Origin: an uncultured bacterium
GTDB lineage: Bacteria; CSSED10-310; CAZUFC01
Length of the DNA stretch: 41,545 nucleotides
Direction: 5' to 3'
NCBI GenBank assembly: GCA_964619725.1
Contig: CAZUFC010000072.1
Coordinates: 1-41,545, forward strand
Each line of letters starts with the position of its first letter. Positions within the stretch are counted from its first letter, which is position 1. The notes beneath the pieces are model-generated. The model did not search any database, was not told the DNA's origin, and was given only the letters and a program-made list of their open reading frames with translations. The translations under genes were made by a program, and so were the position numbers. This document shows, piece after piece, positions 28,220 to 38,536 of the stretch.

Positions 28220-28936
28220 TCACTTCCATTTCCTGGATTCTACCGAACGAACGTTCAGAAAGAGAAAAAAACCAATGACAGAGAGGTAATATATGATATC
28301 TCTCGAATCGATTACCCCTCGACCGATACTCTCAAAATGAGTCCCAAGTCCTAAATATCTAAAGAACGGAGCTATACCCGACGGCAGCGCCATGAGCACG
28401 AAGCTCTCTCCGATAATAAAAAATCCGAAGCAAATGACGACCCCGATAATGAACGCTATGATCTGATTTTCTGTTAGGCTTGAAGCGAAAAGGCCGATGG
28501 CCAGGTATGCCGCTCCCATGAAAACAGCGCCGATGTAACCGCCCACGATTACTCCGCCGTCCGGATTCCCCAGACCGCCGACGGTGAAGGCCAGCGGCAA
28601 AGTCAGTATGATGGCGGATGAGAGAAACGCCAAAGCCGCTAAATATTTGCCCATGACTACCTCATGATCCTTAACGGGTAACGTCATAAGCAGTTCCATC
28701 GTTCCCATTTTTTTCTCTTCCGCCCATAAACGCATGCTGATTGCCGGAACGAAAAACAGGAAAATCCACGGCAACAAAGAAAACATGTATCTCATGGTTG
28801 CCTGGTTGCCGATGAAAAAAGGGCGAAAGAAAAGCCAATTCACCAACACTAAAAAAACCGTCAAAAAAATATACGCTATAGGCGCATTGAAATAGCTTTT
28901 GAATTCCTTGCAGAAAATGCTCCATGTCTGTTTCAT
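28220..28936 (-). CDS. GldF-like ABC-2 type permease
   Basis: Start ATG 28936 (ATGA overlap with the ATPase gene). KEFKSYFNAPIAY, SMRLWAEEKKMGTMELLMTLP, SSLTENQIIA, RGVIDSRD. Confidence 0.9.
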   Translation of the reverse strand: MKQTWSIFCKEFKSYFNAPIAYIFLTVFLVLVNWLFFRPFFIGNQATMRYMFSLLPWIFLFFVPAISMRLWAEEKKMGTMELLMTLPVKDHEVVMGKYLAALAFLSSAIILTLPLAFTVGGLGNPDGGVIVGGYIGAVFMGAAYLAIGLFASSLTENQIIAFIIGVVICFGFFIIGESFVLMALPSGIAPFFRYLGLGTHFESIGRGVIDSRDIIYYLSVIGFFLFLNVRSVESRKWK

Positions 28937-29880
28937 GCTTGCTTTTCCTTCATTGTCAGTTGTAAAAATACGTCTTCCAGACTTATCGATTCTTTGTGCA
29001 GTTCCGTTAAAACCCAATTTTTGTCAACAGCCGTCTTAAAGATGTTCTCAGCCGCCTGCGATCCGCCGGTCGCTTTCAGCAGTAATCGAACGGAATCATT
29101 ATCCGGAGCCGTGAGAACCTTGAAGTACGACACACCGTCCATATTTTTAAAGGTCTGCTTCACTTCCGTCGAAGGCCCCTTCACAGTAACATAGAACGAT
29201 GCGCCTTCTCCGCTCGCGCTTGCCGTTAACTCCTCAGGAGTCCCGTCAGCGACCAGCTTTCCTTCATTAATAATCAAAATACGGCCGCATGTTGCCGTCG
29301 CTTCCGGAAGAATATGCGTACTGAGTATTACCGTCTTCTCCTTCCCGATCTCTTTGATCAACTCTCTGATTTCGATAATCTGAGTTGGGTCCAGGCCGCT
29401 TGTCGGCTCGTCCAGAATCAGGATATCCGGATCATGGATCAACGACTGAGCCAGACCTATCCTTTGCCGGTATCCGCGGGACAGGGTGCCGATTTGTTTC
29501 TTCAGTTCCTTTTGAAGTCCGCACACTTCGATCATTTTCCTGATTCGATCTGGTATCTGGTTTGCCGGAATTTTCCTCATCCGGGCAATGAACGTCAAAA
29601 AATCCGTTGGCGTCATATCGTAATACAATGGTGCGCTTTCAGGTAAATAACCGACTCGACTTCTGACTTCCAATGAATTGTGAAACACATCGAAACCCGC
29701 TATCTCAGCCGTCCCCTGGTCCGCCGGCAAAAAACACGTGAGTATCCTCATCGTCGTCGTCTTACCGGCTCCATTCGGTCCCAGAAAACCTACAACTTCT
29801 CCTTTTGATACATCAAATGATACATCATCGACAGCAGTTGTGCTTCCGAATTGTTTGACTAAATTTTTGACTTTTATCAT
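28933..29880 (-). CDS. GldA-like ABC transporter ATP-binding protein
   Basis: Walker A GPNGAGKTT, signature LSRGYRQR, Walker B ILILDEPTSGLDP, STH switch. Confidence 0.95.
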   Translation of the reverse strand: MIKVKNLVKQFGSTTAVDDVSFDVSKGEVVGFLGPNGAGKTTTMRILTCFLPADQGTAEIAGFDVFHNSLEVRSRVGYLPESAPLYYDMTPTDFLTFIARMRKIPANQIPDRIRKMIEVCGLQKELKKQIGTLSRGYRQRIGLAQSLIHDPDILILDEPTSGLDPTQIIEIRELIKEIGKEKTVILSTHILPEATATCGRILIINEGKLVADGTPEELTASASGEGASFYVTVKGPSTEVKQTFKNMDGVSYFKVLTAPDNDSVRLLLKATGGSQAAENIFKTAVDKNWVLTELHKESISLEDVFLQLTMKEKQA

Positions 29881-29917
29881 CTGCCCTCACCTCAAAAAAA
29901 AAATTTTTCGAACGATC

Positions 29918-29946
29918 TGTTTAGCAAAACAGTCTTCCTTTGTCAA
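29918..29946 (-). promoter_or_regulatory. Putative promoter for the Gld-like ABC operon
   Basis: TTGACA (29946-29941), 17 bp, TAAACA with an extended TG. Confidence 0.5.
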
Positions 29947-30055
29947 GGTTTTTTCAACTTCAAAGAGCTGCGAAGGCGGCGCTTTTCTATGCGATGGATA
30001 AGAAAATCCGCAGCCTGACGCTGCATCGGAAAAATACGCCGTTTTCGGACAGGAA

Positions 30056-33000
30056 CTAAGTGACGATGGATTCCGTCTTGTATATCTGATCCAATGCGTC
30101 TTCAGAAGCTTCTCTGATTTTTCGAATTCTGCTTCTGGCGGAATCCATCAACAAACGCTTTGCTTCCGGTCCTCCAATCCTTCCCAGTGATTGAATCGCG
30201 CTGACCGACACATTAATCTTTTTTGATTTTGAAAAGCTGCTTGTTTCCTTGGCGACTTTGCCCAGGATAGGAACTGCTTTTCCCCTCGGATTGTGGTCAG
30301 GCGAGTTGAATTCAGGCCTGGAAAGCAAACGCCCGAGAGCGGCACAAGATTCTCTTCTCAGGTCTTCGTCTTCCGAGGGTTTGAAAAACGGCGTTCTTCT
30401 GGTCAGTATCTTAATTAACGGGTCCACGGATTTTTCGGTCCCGACATTACCCAGCAGGAATACGGCGTAACGCCGTATCGTGCCGTATTCGTCCTCCAAA
30501 GCCTCCAAAAGTATGTCCTCAGCATCATAAGAAGCCAAATTTCCGATAGCGACGATGGCTTCTCTTCTGACCTGAACGTGATTATCCTTCATCAAATCTT
30601 TAAGATGCTGGATTATGTTTTTGTCTCCTATTTTCCCGAGCAGCATGCATGAGTTGCGTCTGACAAACCATTTTTCGTTTTTCAGTTCTTTCAGAAGAGC
30701 CGGCACAACGGGGTCTCCGATTTCAGTAAGAATGCGGCTGATACGCCATCTCACCGACTGCTTGTCGCTTTTTTTCAGTACCTCGATTAAGGGCTCTATG
30801 GCGCCCTCTCCGATTTCCAGCAGTGATTGGACGCTTTGATCGAGGATGAGTCTGTCTTCCAAGGCTGAGATCAAGGCGCTGACGGCTTTTTCATCGCCAA
30901 TTTCGCCGAGGGCTTTGGCCACGATTCGTCGTTTAGTCAACGAATGTTTTCTTCGCTGTTTCAACTGTTCAGAAAAGAAATCCGTAATTCTGTCGCCGGT
31001 TTCCTGATGATCGGTCTCTTTCAGTTTCATGGCAATGTGCCGCAGTGAATTTATTAAAGCCTTGTAAGCCTGCAATACGTTTTCCACCTGAAAGCGTTCG
31101 ATAAATTTGACGATAACCTCTTCCAGAATATCCATTGAATTGCCGGCGACCAGATCGTCCGCAATTTCTCTCAGCGCCTCGGCCGCTCTCTGGCGAATTT
31201 CCCAGGAATCATGGTCCATGAACCGGGCGTAAGGCTTAACGACCAACGAAGCTGCAGCGCCGTCCTCCTCCAGAACGGCATCTTTTAGTATACGCCGTGT
31301 TTCAAACACGAAAGCATCCGTCAACAACTCTTCCGCATCCGCGCTCTTCATACGGTCCATCAGGGCAGCCATTTGGGGATTCTCCGGCTCGTCTTTTCCC
31401 ATCAAATTTCGAATGTCTCTTATGGCTACGCCTGCTTCCGTTAAATATAACTTGACGCTTTTAAGCAACTCGACTCTCGACTCCGAACCCTCCGTTTCCT
31501 CAGTAAGCTTCGACAACCTGTCCAACGACTCCTGCATCCGAATATACAATTCCTTCCGGCTTTCCTCGTCTTCAGCATCCACATTCCTTAAAAGCGATTC
31601 GTATTCCTCTGCAAACATTTCGGCTCGTTCATCCGCCGTAATCTCCATCAAATAATCATCCAAATGCTTGTCTAAACTGCTGTCCGTACGGTCGCTTCTG
31701 AAAAGCAATCCCCTACGTATTCTGGGGTCAAGCTCTTTAAATATTGCTCTGAATTGTTGCGCATCATCCGGAAAATTGTCGTTAAGAATACGCTCAAATG
31801 AAGCCTTCAGCATCTCTATCTGAAGAAGCATTTCGCTGAATGATACTTCTCCCGACAAATCCGTCATCGCCGCTAAATCACCGGCGATATCCTGAGGGTC
31901 CCGTTTCTGATATAATCCTTCCTCTTCAGGCTTTGAAACCGCAACCGATTCCGCTTCTTCCTCCAGATCAAAAGGATAGACGCTTCTGCCGCCTGTCTGG
32001 TTTACCTGATATCCCGCATCTATGTTTTCCACCCGGATGTGCTTAATATCATAATCTTTTAAAATATTGGCGATTCCGCCTTTTGACTTAATATCATCAA
32101 GCTTTAATCGTAATATATGCAAAAATTGAAGCAGCTCTTCAGTCGATATCCCCTGAAAAAACAATAAATTGCGTATGTCTCGAACTTTGAGCGTTTCCAC
32201 GAATGCAGAAAATTGATCGTCAGGATAAGGCAAAGGAACGTTATCCGCTATCAGTCGACCCTCAAAGTGCGAAAACACGAAAATGGGATGCCTGGAAGTA
32301 AGCGTATCAATAAATGATTTCAATTCCATCACTGTTCTGATTAATACGGGATGTTTTTCTGGATATAAACTCCTGTTGATGATGCCTTTCGTTAGATGAC
32401 GTACGAATTCCTTACTGATTTCAGTCAGCCGGTCCTTGGTCAGATTCAATTTAGCCCCGGATGAAGAGAAACGCAAAGAAGAAACTGCCGTTCCCTCAGA
32501 AATAGAACCGGCATTATACAATTCAGTGACGGTTTTCAATGTTTCGAAACGACTTAACGGCGAAATTCCGTATAGGTCCTGAAGGCTTTGCGGTTCTGAC
32601 AGCAGTTGAAAAATTTTCCATTTCGACTGATCATGCTTGAGTTCCTCAGGATTCTTTGTTTTCGCTTGCTTCAGAGGTATCTGATCCGAAGGAAGCTGCT
32701 TCAATTTCATGATTTTCGATATTTTGGCCGAGCTTTCCCGCATCAAATCCTCAATTGACAACGCCGCCTTCGTCTCATTCGTGTTTTTAAACTCCGCTCC
32801 GCTCTCAAAATGAAAAGTTCCCTTTTTCCAGAGGATCAAATCAGTAAAAAAAATCCTGATCTTCCATTCCACGAAATTCCTGATATCTTTCTGACTGATG
32901 GAACCCTCCATAAGCAAAACATCATGCGATTCAATCCCGCTTTGCTTCTGCAATTGCGACAACTCATCTATCCTGCTCTCAGAAATAATGTTTTCAGAAA

Positions 33001-33193
33001 CCAGGTATTGCAGAAAATGCTGATCGCTTTGATTTCTCTCACAGTAAAGATTAGTCGTCAATCCTGCGCGTATCTCAAGGGAAATCCTGTCTTCATTGTT
33101 TTCAAATATAAGAATGCCGGACTTTCGCTGAGTCGCAATAAGTTTTAAAATGTCGCCGACTTTAAAATCATGAAGGTTTCCCTTTAAAGCCAT
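30056..33193 (-). CDS. DUF4388 (PatA-N-like) domain + helical region + HEAT/PBS-lyase repeat protein
   Basis: LKGNLHDFKVGDILKLIATQRKSGIL and WKKGTFHF (DUF4388). LYPEKHP segment. C-terminal repeats ALGEIGDEKAVSALISALED, WFVRRNSCMLLGKIGD, VRREAIVAIGNL. Confidence 0.82.
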   Translation of the reverse strand: MALKGNLHDFKVGDILKLIATQRKSGILIFENNEDRISLEIRAGLTTNLYCERNQSDQHFLQYLVSENIISESRIDELSQLQKQSGIESHDVLLMEGSISQKDIRNFVEWKIRIFFTDLILWKKGTFHFESGAEFKNTNETKAALSIEDLMRESSAKISKIMKLKQLPSDQIPLKQAKTKNPEELKHDQSKWKIFQLLSEPQSLQDLYGISPLSRFETLKTVTELYNAGSISEGTAVSSLRFSSSGAKLNLTKDRLTEISKEFVRHLTKGIINRSLYPEKHPVLIRTVMELKSFIDTLTSRHPIFVFSHFEGRLIADNVPLPYPDDQFSAFVETLKVRDIRNLLFFQGISTEELLQFLHILRLKLDDIKSKGGIANILKDYDIKHIRVENIDAGYQVNQTGGRSVYPFDLEEEAESVAVSKPEEEGLYQKRDPQDIAGDLAAMTDLSGEVSFSEMLLQIEMLKASFERILNDNFPDDAQQFRAIFKELDPRIRRGLLFRSDRTDSSLDKHLDDYLMEITADERAEMFAEEYESLLRNVDAEDEESRKELYIRMQESLDRLSKLTEETEGSESRVELLKSVKLYLTEAGVAIRDIRNLMGKDEPENPQMAALMDRMKSADAEELLTDAFVFETRRILKDAVLEEDGAAASLVVKPYARFMDHDSWEIRQRAAEALREIADDLVAGNSMDILEEVIVKFIERFQVENVLQAYKALINSLRHIAMKLKETDHQETGDRITDFFSEQLKQRRKHSLTKRRIVAKALGEIGDEKAVSALISALEDRLILDQSVQSLLEIGEGAIEPLIEVLKKSDKQSVRWRISRILTEIGDPVVPALLKELKNEKWFVRRNSCMLLGKIGDKNIIQHLKDLMKDNHVQVRREAIVAIGNLASYDAEDILLEALEDEYGTIRRYAVFLLGNVGTEKSVDPLIKILTRRTPFFKPSEDEDLRRESCAALGRLLSRPEFNSPDHNPRGKAVPILGKVAKETSSFSKSKKINVSVSAIQSLGRIGGPEAKRLLMDSARSRIRKIREASEDALDQIYKTESIVT

Positions 33194-33243
33194 TCATTGC
33201 TCCTTTTCGACGATCATAAAACCATGCGTGAAGTGCATCCCAT

Positions 33244-33272
33244 ATTGTATAAGAGATGAAACGCAAAAGCAA
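33244..33272 (-). promoter_or_regulatory. Putative promoter for the DUF4388-HEAT gene
   Basis: TTGCTT (33272-33267), 17 bp, TACAAT (33249-33244). Confidence 0.4.
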
Positions 33273-33286
33273 TGTTTTTTTTCGTC

Positions 33287-34258
33287 TTAATCATGAATGA
33301 GTTTTCCTGCAGGATCGATACAGGCGTACGGATCGTCCGTCGCCGGCAGACTTTCTCTGGAAGCGATGTATTTCATGGCATCGTCCAGGCCGGGTATGCC
33401 GGGTCTTCCTCCCAGCATAGTACATTTCAATCCTGCGACAATATTGGCGAAATCCAGTATTCGGGTTAAATTCCAATTTTGAAGGAATGCAAAAAGCGCG
33501 GCGCCGTGAAAGACATCTCCTGCGCCCGTAGTATCGACAGCCGAAACTTTCAGCGCCGGCGAACTGACGATCTGTCCGTTCCTCATACCGATGCATCCCT
33601 GCTTTCCAAAGGTTATTCCGACAATTTCCGGGCCTTTCTGCGCCATTTTCGTCAGAGCGTTTTTAATTACGTTTTCTCCTGTAAATTCCGCGGCAAATGA
33701 ACGAGTAGCGAAGAGGATGTCTGCGAGTTCGACCAGTTTGTCTACTCCCGGTCTTACGGTTCCCGCGTCATAAGAGATTACGCCGCCGGCTTTTTTGACG
33801 CATTCAGCCGCAACGGCCGATGCTTCTATATGATGGCCGTCCATGTGAAAAGCTCGGACGTTTTTCAACATCGTCATATCCAGCGATCCGGGCTCGATCG
33901 GTTCGGCCGAGCCGTCTGTCCACAGAATGGTTCTTTCGCCGGAAGTACGTTCTACAGCAATACAGGCAAAAGGACTGATCCCCGTTTCATCCACATGTAT
34001 CGCGCTGGTGTTGACGCCCTCATTTTCAAGAGCCTCAATCATAAATTTCCCGAACCAATCATTGCAGACTTTACTTATGAGAGCTGTTTGCATTCCCAAT
34101 CTTTGGACGGCAACCATAGCTGTGGCCGCGGGACCGCCGCCCTGGACATCGAATTCGGATAACTTCTTTTTCGAGTCAGGTTCCGGGAAGCCGTCCATGC
34201 GACCAATGAAGTCAATGGACATGCGCCCCATTCCAATTACATTGACCTGGTCAAGCAT
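33287..34258 (-). CDS. PfkB/ribokinase family carbohydrate kinase
   Basis: GGGPAATA, GERTI, TFGKQG, VDTTGAGDVFHG (PfkB signature 2). Confidence 0.93.
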   Translation of the reverse strand: MLDQVNVIGMGRMSIDFIGRMDGFPEPDSKKKLSEFDVQGGGPAATAMVAVQRLGMQTALISKVCNDWFGKFMIEALENEGVNTSAIHVDETGISPFACIAVERTSGERTILWTDGSAEPIEPGSLDMTMLKNVRAFHMDGHHIEASAVAAECVKKAGGVISYDAGTVRPGVDKLVELADILFATRSFAAEFTGENVIKNALTKMAQKGPEIVGITFGKQGCIGMRNGQIVSSPALKVSAVDTTGAGDVFHGAALFAFLQNWNLTRILDFANIVAGLKCTMLGGRPGIPGLDDAMKYIASRESLPATDDPYACIDPAGKLIHD

Positions 34259-34339
34259 AGCAGGTTTTTCTTTTCAGATAAAAGATCGTTTTTCAACTTC
34301 TTTCACGGTTTCTCGACGACACTTCCATTTGCCGAGCAG

Positions 34340-34368
34340 ACTATAATCAAGATATGACGATTTGTCAA
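34340..34368 (-). promoter_or_regulatory. Near-consensus sigma70 promoter for the PfkB gene
   Basis: TTGACA (34368-34363), 17 bp, TATAGT (34345-34340). Confidence 0.65.
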
Positions 34369-34519
34369 ACATCGGCTTGAAAAAACAAAACCTTTAAAAT
34401 CCTTTGCTCATGATTCACGGGGATCAAATCATAAAAAGCAGCGGGAGCTTCATATCCGGCATCTTGAATGAAATGAAACGCTATGCTAATTTTATTCATC
34501 GCTGAGAGGTCGGGAGCGT

Positions 34520-37500
34520 ATGCGAAAGAAAAAATTAATCGTCATCACTGGCATTTCGGTTATAGCCTTATCAGCCGTTTTTTTTCTCGTTCTTCTTCAT
34601 ACGCCGCTGCTGCAACGGTATATTGAAAAAAAAACCGAGGAATTTTTATCGGAAAAGTTCGGCAGTCGAGTATCATTAGGTGAATTGCGTTTTTCATTAA
34701 CCGGATCAGTCGAAATCAGAGATGCCGCAATAGCGAATGCCGCTCCTTTTGAGGGCGACTGGATTAGAGTCAAGCGACTTTACGCCGAGGTTAAAATGTT
34801 GTCTTTACTTCGGGGAGAAGCGTATCTGAAGACATTGGAAGTTGACGAACCGGAGTTCAATCTTCTTTACGATCGTTCACGCAACAACAACTTGCCCGGA
34901 AGAGACCGGAAAGATGCTCAACGGGAAATGTCTACCTCCAGAGAAGGTCGAAGGAGAAACACGCGGGAGTTGACCTATTATTTCCAGAGATATTCGACGA
35001 ATCGCCTGGAATTGACTGACGGAGTTTTTCATTTTGAGTATCCCGACAAAGAGATGAGTATCCATGCCCAGGGTATAAACATTGACCTATCGACTTCTGG
35101 CATCAAGGGGAAATACGCCGGCAGCGCCGACATCCCCCGGATTGATTTTACCATGAGAGACAAATTGCAGATTCATGCCTCCATAAATCTGGAAACTTAT
35201 GCGGATGGAAACGGTTGCGAGGTTCAATCCTTGAATGTGAAGTTCATCCAGGGCAAATCTTCGCTCAACATAACCGGGGGCCAGCTCACGAATTACCGCG
35301 ACCCTTCCCTAAAATTCGATTTCAACTCCGATATAGAATTCAAAGATGCAGAAAACGCGCTTTATTTCGATTCCCCTGTTGAAGGGACTCTGAGCCTGAA
35401 AGGACGAGGTTCCGGCCCGGCTGAAGACTTGTCGGTCAACGCTGACCTTTGGTCCAGGGAATTAAAAATAGATCGCATTCCGGTCGATAGCCTGAAAAGT
35501 GAAATAGGCTATTATGCAGAAGTCTTTAAATTTTCTGAGTTTCACGTCAACGCCGCAGGCGGAGAGATAGAAGGAAGAGGCGACATAGATTTGTCGAATG
35601 AAGATTCGGTTTTTAGCGGCGAATTTGCCTGGAAAGAATTAAGCAGCCGGGAATTCTTCTCTTTGTACGAAGCAGGATGGCCTGGGCAAAACTTCAGAAT
35701 CAACGGTTCCTCAACCTTTGAATGGAAGGATTTCAAACCTGAAAAGTTAAAAGCAAATGGAAAACTGCAGATCAACGATGATACTGATTCCCCGCACGAA
35801 GGCTTTCAGGGGCATTTGGACATCTCGGTTGAAAACGAGAAAATCCGTCTTGCCGGCTCTCCCTTGAAATGGGACGCCACCGACGTAATGGTTGAGGCAG
35901 CGGAAATAAATTTCGACGGTGAAATATCGGGAAAATGGAATATTTCAATCAGGGATTTGGGCAGAGACATGCGCAGGATACTTTTGTTTTTGGGAGTGCA
36001 GTATGAGGATGGTGAGGAAACCCTGCTTAAAGGCGGAGAACTTTACGCATTCGGAGGATTGAGCGGAGAATTGAGCCGGCCGGCTGTCGATGCGCTGGCT
36101 GAAGCGACAGAAATTGATCTGGGAACATTTGAAATTGATGAAGTCAACGCGATAATCCAGGTGGACCGCGATAAAGTCCTGTTCGATGTAAAACGTATTG
36201 CCCTGGGCGACAGTTCTTCCTGGGCGCGCGGCACATATTATTTCGATCAGCTTCAAAAGACAAAAGCTGATGAGCATATTGAAGAAGCTTCTATAAACGG
36301 ATTCTACAGCAAACTCTGGAGACATCTGCCCCTTATGAAGCTGCACGGAAGATTCTCGGGGATTGAAGCGGCAAATTTCTTTCCTGTTTTATCGAGGGGC
36401 AAACTGGACGGCGAGATACATTTAATTAGTCCGCCAGACAACGAAAGCGACAAATTTTTACACATCAGGAGCGTTCTGAAAGAGGCGAAACTAGGCGGAA
36501 TGTCCATAGACGAGGCGAATCTGGATTTATCGGCTGACGGACGGCAATTAAAGATCGACGTTCTCAATATGGTTCACGGCGACAAAAAGCTTATAAGTTT
36601 ATCCGGAACCCTGGGGGCTTCAGGGCATTACAGGATCGAGGGGAATTCAGATGCCTTTCCTGTTCATGAGTTAAATAAACCGTTCCCGGCATTGGGACCC
36701 CTGAAGGCCGATATATCTCTTAAGATAGAAGGCGAGGGGAAATTATCCGATCCGAAGGGCGAAATAGGAATTTCCGCTTCAGGAGTCGAATACGGCGGGA
36801 ATGCGCTGGGCGAAACTAATGTGACGATTGCAGTTGAAAATAAAAGAGCTAACCTTGATATTGTTTTTTTGGACGAGTTGATTACAGGCGACGGAGAGAT
36901 AATTCTGGACGGTGATATGCCTTTTTCTGTCAGCTTGAATTTGAACAGTGAAGAGCAACAAAAGCTTGATAATCTCGTAAATGCTTTCATTGCGGAAACC
37001 GTCAAGATATCGTCATACGGCAAGGCCAACGTCACGGGAAGCTTACTGCCGCTTAATCTGGCCTCTCTGGATTGTCAATTGTCAGAACTCGGAATAAAAG
37101 CGGCCGATTATCATCTGAGCAGCGACGAACCTCTGGTTATCCAGGGAAATTATGACAAAATGGTATTAAAACCCGTCAGGTTTTCCGGGCTGGAATCGCA
37201 ATTGGACGTCTCTGCAACCGTTGGCAGCATGAGCAGCATTGATTTGAACGCTGACGGAGTTTTGCAATTTGCTTTGCTGAGCCATTTTATTCCGGAATTC
37301 CAGAACCCGAAAGGAAGAATAATTCTTGAGATTCAGGGAGAAGGTCCTTTTGATTCACCGGATTTACAGGGAGATATAAGGGCAGAGGAGGTTTTTTTTC
37401 GGTTGTCGCCTTATAATTTAGCCATCGAGGACGTTCACGGGGGATTCAGCGTTTCTTCGAGGAGGATAGACATCGATTATTTCGTCGGGATGGCCGGTCA

Positions 37501-38536
37501 GAGTCCGGTAACTGTGACAGGGCAGATCGGGCTGGAGGGTTTCCTGCCGGAGTATTTTGATTTTGAGATAAACGGGGAGCGCAACGAATTAAATTATCCT
37601 GAGGGCATGCAAACGGAGCTGGACTTATCTTTAAAAGCGGCAGGACCGCCGGAGTCGCTTCTTATCTCAGGAGATGTCGATATCCGTGAAGCGATATACA
37701 GTAAACGTTTCGATTATCGAACGGTTATGTTTGAGGAATCCAAAGCTGTATTTCTTTCAGCCGACCGTTCCGTCGAACCCCGTTTGCAAACAGAGGCTTC
37801 TTTTTCTCCTCGCATCAATATTAACCTGAACGCTCCGGAAGGCATATTTATTAGAAATAATATCGCAGACCTGGAAATGAAATGCGACCTGAATATCGTT
37901 GGAGATTTAAGTGATCCGGGAGTTGCGGGACGCGTGGAAGTTTTGAAGGGTAGCCTTACCTATCAAGGCAGACGCTTTCAAATAATCAACGGCAGTTTCG
38001 ATTTTGTTGACCCTGAGACCATTAATCCCTATTTTGAATTCCAGACAGAAGCCGAAATCAGCAACTATTCCGTTTATCTGAATATCAACGGAAGACTGGA
38101 CGGCGATATTTATGTTGACTTATCCTCTTCTCCGCCCCTGGGCGAAGTGGATTTATGGGCCCTTATCACCCTGGGAAAGACTACCGAAATGATGAAGCAG
38201 GGCGGCGCCGAATACGGCGGAATGGAAGCAGCTTCTTTTCTGACCGGCCAGATACAGGATGAAATTGAAAAAAGAGCTCAAATGTTCGGAGGTTTCGATG
38301 AATTTCAGATCAATCCCATTTTTTCAGACCCCGAATCCGGCGCCGGGGCAAGACTTACCGTCAAAAAAAACATCGGGGACCGCTTATCCGTCATTTACTC
38401 CACTGACATCAGCTCATCAGGCAAACAACTGGTTTTCGTCGAATATAAAATCAATGATAAAATGTATCTCGTAGGCGAGCGCAATGAAGATGGAGCCCTG
38501 GGAGCAGACCTTAAAATGCGGTGGGAATTCAAATGA
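34520..38536 (+). CDS. tamB: Translocation/assembly module TamB (AsmA-like N-terminus, DUF490 C-terminus)
   Basis: N-terminal TM anchor. Long beta-taco repeat region. DUF490-like GRRFQIINGSFDF, LSSSPPL, GADLKMRWEFK. ATGA-coupled to an Omp85 gene. Confidence 0.85.
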   Translation: MRKKKLIVITGISVIALSAVFFLVLLHTPLLQRYIEKKTEEFLSEKFGSRVSLGELRFSLTGSVEIRDAAIANAAPFEGDWIRVKRLYAEVKMLSLLRGEAYLKTLEVDEPEFNLLYDRSRNNNLPGRDRKDAQREMSTSREGRRRNTRELTYYFQRYSTNRLELTDGVFHFEYPDKEMSIHAQGINIDLSTSGIKGKYAGSADIPRIDFTMRDKLQIHASINLETYADGNGCEVQSLNVKFIQGKSSLNITGGQLTNYRDPSLKFDFNSDIEFKDAENALYFDSPVEGTLSLKGRGSGPAEDLSVNADLWSRELKIDRIPVDSLKSEIGYYAEVFKFSEFHVNAAGGEIEGRGDIDLSNEDSVFSGEFAWKELSSREFFSLYEAGWPGQNFRINGSSTFEWKDFKPEKLKANGKLQINDDTDSPHEGFQGHLDISVENEKIRLAGSPLKWDATDVMVEAAEINFDGEISGKWNISIRDLGRDMRRILLFLGVQYEDGEETLLKGGELYAFGGLSGELSRPAVDALAEATEIDLGTFEIDEVNAIIQVDRDKVLFDVKRIALGDSSSWARGTYYFDQLQKTKADEHIEEASINGFYSKLWRHLPLMKLHGRFSGIEAANFFPVLSRGKLDGEIHLISPPDNESDKFLHIRSVLKEAKLGGMSIDEANLDLSADGRQLKIDVLNMVHGDKKLISLSGTLGASGHYRIEGNSDAFPVHELNKPFPALGPLKADISLKIEGEGKLSDPKGEIGISASGVEYGGNALGETNVTIAVENKRANLDIVFLDELITGDGEIILDGDMPFSVSLNLNSEEQQKLDNLVNAFIAETVKISSYGKANVTGSLLPLNLASLDCQLSELGIKAADYHLSSDEPLVIQGNYDKMVLKPVRFSGLESQLDVSATVGSMSSIDLNADGVLQFALLSHFIPEFQNPKGRIILEIQGEGPFDSPDLQGDIRAEEVFFRLSPYNLAIEDVHGGFSVSSRRIDIDYFVGMAGQSPVTVTGQIGLEGFLPEYFDFEINGERNELNYPEGMQTELDLSLKAAGPPESLLISGDVDIREAIYSKRFDYRTVMFEESKAVFLSADRSVEPRLQTEASFSPRININLNAPEGIFIRNNIADLEMKCDLNIVGDLSDPGVAGRVEVLKGSLTYQGRRFQIINGSFDFVDPETINPYFEFQTEAEISNYSVYLNINGRLDGDIYVDLSSSPPLGEVDLWALITLGKTTEMMKQGGAEYGGMEAASFLTGQIQDEIEKRAQMFGGFDEFQINPIFSDPESGAGARLTVKKNIGDRLSVIYSTDISSSGKQLVFVEYKINDKMYLVGERNEDGALGADLKMRWEFK

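Noticed and set aside
25437-29880. Gliding motility system
   Set aside because: GldAFG-like ABC modules with DUF4340 are widespread in non-gliding bacteria. No gldK/L/M/N or spr genes are in the window.
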